IMG/VR virus record: IMGVR_UViG_3300025127_000012
Length of the DNA stretch: 64,000 nucleotides
Origin: a virus
Reading direction: 5' to 3' (one strand)
Below are positions 59,401 to 64,000 of the stretch, in pieces. The position numbers were made by a program, and so were the translations under genes. The notes under the pieces were generated by a model, which was not told the DNA's origin, searched no databases, and saw only the letters and a program-made list of their open reading frames with translations. How positions within the stretch are numbered: the first letter of the stretch is position 1; the number at the start of each line of letters is the position of its first letter.

Positions 59401-60552
59401 GAGAGTATGAAACTCCAAATACCTCGGAACTGCTGCTTTGACTGCTCCACTTTTACCATAGACCCACTCAAATAATGCATCTGTGTTTAAATTTGGGCAG
59501 AGAGTTGGATCTCCCCAACCAAAATTAGGAAATGCAGAGGTTGATGGAGTTCCTCTCCAACGATTATTACGTCTTTGAGTCGGAGTTGGGTTGAGTGGAC
59601 CAGCATTTGCATCATATTGATACTCATAATTCTTCTGAGTATAGATTCCAGCACCAGTTGCGTCCCAATTATACCATCCTGCTCTCGTTCCATAGGATAC
59701 TGGACTACCATAACCAGTCGGTCCTATGATTCCTTGGTCTCTTAATGTCTTTCTGTTACCTTGTCCTAGATCTTCTAGAAAGACATACCCTACAATACCC
59801 ACATATGTGTACTCTTGATCACGAGGATCTCCTGGGTTAGGTACTCCTGCAACGTTTGTCTGTAAATTTACTTCTCTTGTAGGGTCTGCTGTGTAGAAGT
59901 GATCTCGTGAACTGTTGTTTCTGTTCTTATAATACTCATATAGTGGCACTGCTGTCTCACCAGTGTCAGCATAGGTCGATGCATTTGATGCAGATGTATA
60001 AATGTATCCAACTGTGCCTACATTAACATACCCACTTAGGTATGAAGATGATGTACTGAGTGCACTATCTTTTAAAGTTGCGTTATACCAATGGTATAGT
60101 TGTGTACTGCCAGTCACATTTGTGCCTGACATGTAGAATACTGCTTGACCGTTCCTTGGTTCTTTGTTATATGATGCTGTTAAGTTTCTTCTATTACCTC
60201 TTGTGGCACCAGGGAAGTCCTCTGGGTATCTGAGTTCACTGTTAGAAACAAACTTGTGATCTTGGTTACCACCGTCAGAACGATAGAAGCGATGGATTCC
60301 TACTCTTTCATTATCACAGTTACCTACACATATCTCTTCCTGATTGCCAATGTAATATACCTTGTCCTGACCGAAGATACTAGATCCTGGACCGTCGTCA
60401 TTAAACGTTATGTTGTAGTTGGTGCCAGGTCCCGAATGAAACTTGTGTGACTTGTATCTACTAGAACTAGGTCTCTCCCAGTTCTGTTGATATTCGCCTC
60501 CTGCATCTACGTTTGGGAATCCTCTACCTGTTTCGAGGATGTATATTGCCAT
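56464..60552 (-). CDS. Large putative virion protein (1362 aa) with DUF5648-like repeats
   Basis: IHRFYR...DHKF, LYHWYN...DSAL and PLYEYY...DHFYT...Y.GIVGYV repeats; I.I.NGG.GY..P modules; coupled to PAAR gene (TAATG). Confidence 0.65.
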   Translation of the reverse strand: MAIYILETGRGFPNVDAGGEYQQNWERPSSSRYKSHKFHSGPGTNYNITFNDDGPGSSIFGQDKVYYIGNQEEICVGNCDNERVGIHRFYRSDGGNQDHKFVSNSELRYPEDFPGATRGNRRNLTASYNKEPRNGQAVFYMSGTNVTGSTQLYHWYNATLKDSALSTSSSYLSGYVNVGTVGYIYTSASNASTYADTGETAVPLYEYYKNRNNSSRDHFYTADPTREVNLQTNVAGVPNPGDPRDQEYTYVGIVGYVFLEDLGQGNRKTLRDQGIIGPTGYGSPVSYGTRAGWYNWDATGAGIYTQKNYEYQYDANAGPLNPTPTQRRNNRWRGTPSTSAFPNFGWGDPTLCPNLNTDALFEWVYGKSGAVKAAVPRYLEFHTLFDSQFTYYVYDTSYPWKGPVFGIQYATSNRNCCPNQKSGGNCLCNESLLTYDYYSHFYEIREDSWKTTRSKMAITGAPGGTGINESFKTVDTDTKRILFRYTTRFGDSFSVGDTVNGWEISEVAYFGNKLRAGYMELKGEGKKFTYNQTITANGENGKEAQVICGYGIADKAGFFGVYEFPKRVSYYRVEIDKTALVSKQSIDIADVECIVNKNGEIQSIQIINGGRGYINPKIVIEEPAQLTEGGSMDNVKENMRQLDGWEGAPLRSPTSTLDNPDGTKHNFTFNSIKENQRDSERSIESDMNEREAKVPYGKDSNTQVVGADDEPDVDEQSVSMNDRSKVRTISAEHRRKGKFRQAKVEILSLTADGAIDEIVIRDRGFGYDTDPNRKPKVWIIQTEDEQYKMRGPNTKQQQKGFKGTVDANEKTEDLTERMRGTGVEPSQGSQEVTGIKGEVRTKSGAKENQLSIMDDGVMGSFESMMEGFTAEYPTGYIKMTSPDDVEKTKLCNNLPAGCVNIEMPSVVGKALFPVETVQGIIEVNSSFKSVMENQYPEMKRGATTSDESTTSLSDLYGWNSGDECISIAQPKFKTVTRLQDLPCPYVDEDTGKNFGWMIYKYCAAEGDNASFKVSLSVEGKTTGPQGEAFMEFMQKLARPQVQPTRPVIDSGNKKKMWRCTRQNIEGRCYWAPSGADDVVFVPVGLDENTFSWDAAGFSEVQQLELWLGNNFVHSTKSVSNSGDPFSQTFNVISVSALSGGVPPNECWDTYLRHGNNANGVLDVYSAYYNNNNTQGKTAGGGYWTSSGLYNGYTCGSSPCTGTLSASYGTSGFNNNNACGLEYVNDISVAVDPRMFTQLGMRMGPYTGTMNVKNWNTGSNIAFGQAVQNMGNPFFAECEGEAFGQSPAQINPQPPLRRRRVHKASHDPGDAELLKSQARDINDLEFEDDSWRENYDPDFDYEAEIANNPVSDFSTNPATDMTQ

Positions 60553-60794
60553 TAAAGATTATCAACACGGTCTTCCAACATATTTATCTTCATATAGATA
60601 TCATCTAAAAGTTCCTTCATATTGAGGTGATCTTCATACCCATCTGGTTTATACTTTATCATGTCTGACCCTGGTGGGGGCATCTTACCCATAGCACCTT
60701 CTATTGTCACTATACGAGCAGCAAGGTTCTCCAATGCCTTGGAGATCATATCCATGTGTTCTTTATATGCGTCTAAGAATTCGTTATCATTCAT
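60552..60794 (-). CDS. Small helical hypothetical protein
   Basis: Coupled to both neighbours; coiled-coil ends around IKYKP.G. Confidence 0.75.
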   Translation of the reverse strand: MNDNEFLDAYKEHMDMISKALENLAARIVTIEGAMGKMPPPGSDMIKYKPDGYEDHLNMKELLDDIYMKINMLEDRVDNL

Positions 60795-61462
60795 TATTCA
60801 AATGGAATTGACATCATCATTTCATTAGAAGGTGAACTCTTTTTACAGTAGTCCATTGCTTCCTGAGTATATATGTCCCATGCAAGAGCAATCCTTGTTT
60901 CACTGACTGTACCTACTCTATGCTCTAACCAAGAAGGGAAGATCGTAGTCATACCAGGGATAGGGGCAGGAGTTAGGTTACCACCATATAGAGAGTATCC
61001 AGGAATGTAATACTCAGTAGGTGTCTTACTATGAGTAAGTAACATATTACCCGACAAGAAAGTATTCTCATGAATACTATGATGATGAGTTGGTAAGTGC
61101 TGCCCGACAGTAAGTTTATGAATCCAACCACGAATCCATAGTTTCTCAGGCATCTCTACTTCAAGTATATCACAGAATGCCCCAGTCATCAAGTGGATCT
61201 CAGGTAAGAGGTTATTTTCTGTTTGCTCATTAAAGAAGTTATACGTTGCCCACGGACGTTTTTCTTCTTCCCATTGTTCTAGGATTTTTTTACATTTCTC
61301 TGGTTCTACCTGATCTAACCACATCGGGCAATCGAACCTTGGAGCAAAAGGAGTCTTAGGTTCCCAACTCCTAAAATGATACATTCTTGGATCATCGTAT
61401 TTTACTCGCCCTGCACATGACTCGACTCCGAACCATTGCATCTGTTGACTCACGCTCTTCAT
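60794..61462 (-). CDS. 2OG-Fe(II) oxygenase-like protein (TIGR02466 / 2OG-FeII_Oxy_5 type)
   Basis: W.H......H.H....FLSG, PG...IFPSWLEH.V, RIALAWD. Confidence 0.85.
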   Translation of the reverse strand: MKSVSQQMQWFGVESCAGRVKYDDPRMYHFRSWEPKTPFAPRFDCPMWLDQVEPEKCKKILEQWEEEKRPWATYNFFNEQTENNLLPEIHLMTGAFCDILEVEMPEKLWIRGWIHKLTVGQHLPTHHHSIHENTFLSGNMLLTHSKTPTEYYIPGYSLYGGNLTPAPIPGMTTIFPSWLEHRVGTVSETRIALAWDIYTQEAMDYCKKSSPSNEMMMSIPFE

Positions 61463-61474
61463 AATGTTAAGGGG

Positions 61475-61663
61475 TTATTTTTCTGCTTTTCTTAATATAA
61501 TACTTCCGTCGAGTTCCTCAGTATATTCTATCTCGGTTCCTTCGTACCATCCCAATTCAGTCATCAACTCTGCTGGGAATGTTATCGACATGTCACCGAA
61601 ATCATCAACCTCAACAGGTAATGTGAATCGTCTACTCATATTGTTACAAATGTGTGTCATCAT
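61475..61663 (-). CDS. AbrB/MazE/SpoVT-family DNA-binding protein
   Basis: GD..ITFP.E....LGW.EGT.IE......G.I.LRK swapped-hairpin pattern. Confidence 0.8.
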   Translation of the reverse strand: MMTHICNNMSRRFTLPVEVDDFGDMSITFPAELMTELGWYEGTEIEYTEELDGSIILRKAEK

Positions 61664-62211
61664 TATATAGGATTTGTATAGTTTGCAACATGTGGGGATC
61701 TGAGAACAAGTTCTACTGCCCTTAGTAAATACCCATCAATCTTTAAGTCTACTATGTTACTTGGATCTAACCATGCATGATGGAGCATATAACCATGTCC
61801 TAGGTAAATGCCACTGTGGTTACACATTCGCCCATCCTTACTCGCATAACCGCCTTGTAGGGGATTTAAGTACAGTTTCATGACCATCATGTCACCAAAC
61901 ATAAGATCATCTAAACTAGGTGGTGGTACATCCCTATCTCCTTCATAGACATGTATTACACCATCCTCCCATCTGTCTGCCTGATCAGCGATAAACTCAG
62001 GCATAAACAATGCCTTCTTATTAATATTCGGATAGTCTCTCAGGTTTAGATCAAAGAACTTATCATAGAACTCCATGCATATACCATAACAATCACCAAC
62101 CTTCATCTTCTCCTTAATCCATGGTCTATCCACCCACTGACAATAAGTCTTCCTCATCATCTCCATTGACGGTCTCTCGTAGTCCATAGTGGTAGTCATC
62201 GGTGTCTCCAT
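61663..62211 (-). CDS. NlpC/P60-family cysteine peptidase
   Basis: PW......GDCYG, GDMM.M, NHSGIYLG.GYMLH (Cys-His-His triad). True start probably one of the ATGs at 62157-62166. Confidence 0.8.
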   Translation of the reverse strand: METPMTTTMDYERPSMEMMRKTYCQWVDRPWIKEKMKVGDCYGICMEFYDKFFDLNLRDYPNINKKALFMPEFIADQADRWEDGVIHVYEGDRDVPPPSLDDLMFGDMMVMKLYLNPLQGGYASKDGRMCNHSGIYLGHGYMLHHAWLDPSNIVDLKIDGYLLRAVELVLRSPHVANYTNPI

Positions 62212-62809
62212 AGCGTTCCATGTGTCCTCTCTCTACACTGAATACCCTAGTAGACACTTTGAAATCTGGCATCTTAGGATTCTTAGGTGTAAGAGAGTTA
62301 TCATATATTCTTAACCTGTTATTAGGATACAATGCAAATTGTCCATTGTCAAGTTCTATTAAGTTATGACTCTTGTGTTCAGCAGGAGTCTCAGCAGTAC
62401 TGTAATCGACTCTATCTATATCCTCATGATAATTATCCAGTGTAACAACGTACTTACCATGCATATTCCCATAATCTCTACTGTATATCTCATAATCCAT
62501 ACTCCCTATAAACTGTTTACATATAGCAGTCACCCCATAGTCCATACAATTCCAGAACTGTAAGTTAGGTAAATCCATATCAGGAGAAGGTGTCTCAGGG
62601 CGACTGACGAATGCACTGATAGGTAACTTATCATATATGGCAGCATACTCAGGTAGATATGTTTCAAAGTAGAATGCTCTACCAGGCATACTCTTAACAG
62701 ATACCCACACACCAGGGGTAAACTCACCATGACCACTCTTGAAGTCTGTAAGGTATTCTTTCCTTACCCAGACCTCCTCAGCGGGCATGTTACTAATTAG
62801 TGAAGACAT
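62126..62809 (-). CDS. Conserved cyanophage hypothetical protein
   Basis: VWVRKEYL.D...GHGEF, PGRAFYFETYLPEY.A.YDKLPISAF, EHKSHN, NGQFALYPNNR are familiar from marine phages; function unknown. Confidence 0.85.
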   Translation of the reverse strand: MSSLISNMPAEEVWVRKEYLTDFKSGHGEFTPGVWVSVKSMPGRAFYFETYLPEYAAIYDKLPISAFVSRPETPSPDMDLPNLQFWNCMDYGVTAICKQFIGSMDYEIYSRDYGNMHGKYVVTLDNYHEDIDRVDYSTAETPAEHKSHNLIELDNGQFALYPNNRLRIYDNSLTPKNPKMPDFKVSTRVFSVERGHMERYGDTDDYHYGLRETVNGDDEEDLLSVGG

Positions 62810-62989
62810 AGGGGACTATTTTCTACCTGGGGAATTTTTTGTATATAGACTTGCACGAACAATCGAATTATATCTACCCCTCTGGGATACTTTTATAGCT
62901 TATCATCTAGGAACCCTTTTATATCGGCAACCCAATATAATAACAAACATCACAAATTAACTGTCCTAAGTGTAATTAAATAATCACTG

Positions 62990-63082
62990 TAATCCATTGG
63001 TATGACTACGTTCTTAGGTGTTCTCTCTGTGATACACTCAGTAGGTATACACTCCTAAACGCTCTAATCCCTTGGTATGACT
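62990..63082. repeat. Pair of 18-bp direct repeats TAATCC(A/C)TTGGTATGACT, 75-bp period
   Basis: 62990-63007 and 63065-63082, 17/18 identical, in a 360-bp non-coding stretch. Confidence 0.85.
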
Positions 63083-63110
63083 GGGATCTCTCACTTTATT
63101 TGTTTATACT

Positions 63111-63153
63111 AACTGATTTCCCACTAATTAACAACAACTGTTCTCCACTAATT
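63111..63153. repeat. Imperfect tandem repeat AACTG...CCACTAATT x2
   Basis: aactgatttcccactaatt (63111-63129) and aactgttctccactaatt (63136-63153). Confidence 0.65.
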
Positions 63154-63172
63154 GTTATTAACTGTGTAGGTG

Positions 63173-63361
63173 TTAAGTATCATTAAATGCTACATCATAA
63201 CATAGACCCTCCATAATGAAATATTCACATACTCTGCTATACTGGTGTAACTCCTCCCTTAACTCTGTATCTATTAAGAACTGTATAAGGTCGATCTGTT
63301 CATCAGGTGGTAATCCTCCTGTATCGTATAAGTCTAATAGTAATTTGTACTTAGTCGGCAT
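63173..63361 (-). CDS. Small acidic hypothetical protein
   Basis: ATG start; helical EQIDLIQFLIDT...FIMEGLC pattern seen in small phage proteins. Confidence 0.7.
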   Translation of the reverse strand: MPTKYKLLLDLYDTGGLPPDEQIDLIQFLIDTELREELHQYSRVCEYFIMEGLCYDVAFNDT

Positions 63362-63552
63362 AGGTGTTTATTGTATGTAATAGCATCATGCAATGCAATA
63401 GAGTAATTAAAGAAATTACCCATTGGTTCGCACCCTGTGTAGTTATACCGCCAATAGTACCCACTAGCACCCCTCCCAACTATAATAGAAACAGGGGGAA
63501 CTGTCTCCAATACAATAGGGGGAAATTCTACCGAATGAGTCAAAGAGGGCAA
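63334..63552 (-). CDS. Hypothetical protein (TTG start, uncertain)
   Basis: First ORF downstream of the minus-strand sigma70-like promoter; overlaps the next gene by 28 nt. Confidence 0.5.
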   Translation of the reverse strand: MPSLTHSVEFPPIVLETVPPVSIIVGRGASGYYWRYNYTGCEPMGNFFNYSIALHDAITYNKHLCRLSTNYY

Positions 63553-63632
63553 AACGGTCAGGGCAAAGTATGCTCATTATATATTATTGCATATTATACC
63601 AAAGAAGTCAACGAGGGCAAAAGAGTCAGGGC
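63545..63632. repeat. Pair of 20-bp direct repeats GAGGGCAAAANNGTCAGGGC flanking a promoter
   Basis: 63545-63564 and 63613-63632, 18/20 identical. Confidence 0.85.
63583..63611 (-). promoter_or_regulatory. sigma70-type (early) promoter, leftward
   Basis: TTGACT (63611-63606), 17-nt spacer ending TGC, AATAAT (63588-63583); extra TATAAT hexamers nearby. Confidence 0.7.
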
Positions 63633-63658
63633 GGACTGTGTGAAATCGCTCGTATTAC

Positions 63659-63687
63659 TTGACAACTCTCGCCTGATGTGTTACAGT
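63659..63687 (+). promoter_or_regulatory. sigma70-type promoter, rightward (antisense to the oxygenase gene)
   Basis: TTGACA (63659-63664), 17-nt spacer ending TGT, TACAGT (63682-63687). Confidence 0.6.
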
Positions 63688-63744
63688 CCGAGGTAGCAAC
63701 AAGTCGAACCAAATAGAACACACACATACATTTATTCATACATT

Positions 63745-64000
63745 TTAAATAGGTATCACATTAAAGGTTAATGTTATCCGATTGTCTGTTGGATTGCTGT
63801 CAAATCCATGTGTTAGGTTAGATGGATAAATCACAATATCCCCTGCTGCGTAAGGGATAGTTGCTTCCTGTAAATTAAATGCGGTCATGCTCTCGTATGG
63901 TAGCATCATAATAGGATATGTATTTGAAATTGTATTACGTTTGAATTTCAAATAACTGTGTGCATCTTTCTCGTATGATATAAAATAAGTGCCTGAGAAT
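63745..64000 (-). CDS. 2OG-Fe(II) oxygenase-like protein, partial (starts beyond window)
   Basis: Frame open to the window end (FSGTYFISY...); GDIVIYPSNLTHG...NRITLTFN C-terminal motif. Confidence 0.85.
   Translation of the reverse strand, partial: FSGTYFISYEKDAHSYLKFKRNTISNTYPIMMLPYESMTAFNLQEATIPYAAGDIVIYPSNLTHGFDSNPTDNRITLTFNVIPI

Noticed and set aside
598-60450. Numerous plus-strand ORFs of 60-190 aa in the track (e.g. 12233-12808, 40685-41119, 55274-55732)
   Set aside because: Antisense shadows of long minus-strand genes; no RBS, no motifs, composition explained by sense codon bias.
1274-62736. Short alternative-frame minus-strand ORFs nested in real genes (e.g. 6779-7186, 26361-26663, 59067-59480)
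   Set aside because: Leu/Val/Gln-rich off-frame translations with no independent signals.
62739-62960. 73-aa plus-strand ORF here, and the 110-aa ORF at 63364-63696
   Set aside because: Non-ATG starts, overlap with minus-strand genes or promoters, no protein-like features.
62990-63082. CRISPR array
   Set aside because: Only two 18-bp repeats with a 57-nt spacer and no cas genes; kept as an unexplained repeat pair.
63464-63577. 37-aa ORF from the ATG at 63577 (MSILCPDRFALFDSFGR...)
   Set aside because: Overlaps the 72-aa ORF in another frame and starts at the predicted TSS; cannot be supported without Ribo-seq.

Overview
Structural-gene arm of an AT-rich T4-like cyanomyovirus (Kyanoviridae-type, probably Prochlorococcus-infecting given low GC plus pcyA and ptox). 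Essentially all real genes are on the minus strand. In transcription order (right to left): a partial 2OG-Fe(II) oxygenase; a repeat-rich region with divergent sigma70-type promoters (candidate origin or ncRNA locus); small genes (conserved hypothetical, NlpC/P60, AbrB-like, a second 2OG-Fe(II) oxygenase); a 1362-aa virion protein, PAAR spike tip, gp25, gp6, a 7076-aa gp7-like baseplate protein, a YHYH protein, a gp9-like protein ending in a cupredoxin domain, gp8, a VrlC-like protein, a 2278-aa tail fibre and gp13-gp16; then the variable gp16-gp17 island and gp17. The island is the most interesting part. Behind a late promoter it encodes a 684-aa basic protein built like a prohead-protease-processed polyprotein. 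Its last module starts with a capsid-targeting-like peptide and carries the motif pattern of phage SAM lyases, suggesting an injected anti-restriction payload. It is followed by an unannotated C2HC zinc-finger mini-gene, a second CTS-bearing protein, a signal-peptide protein, two small membrane ORFs flanking PTOX, a thermonuclease and PcyA. No tRNA, rRNA, CRISPR array, intein or mobile element was recognised. All family calls are by motif recognition from memory; no database searches were run.
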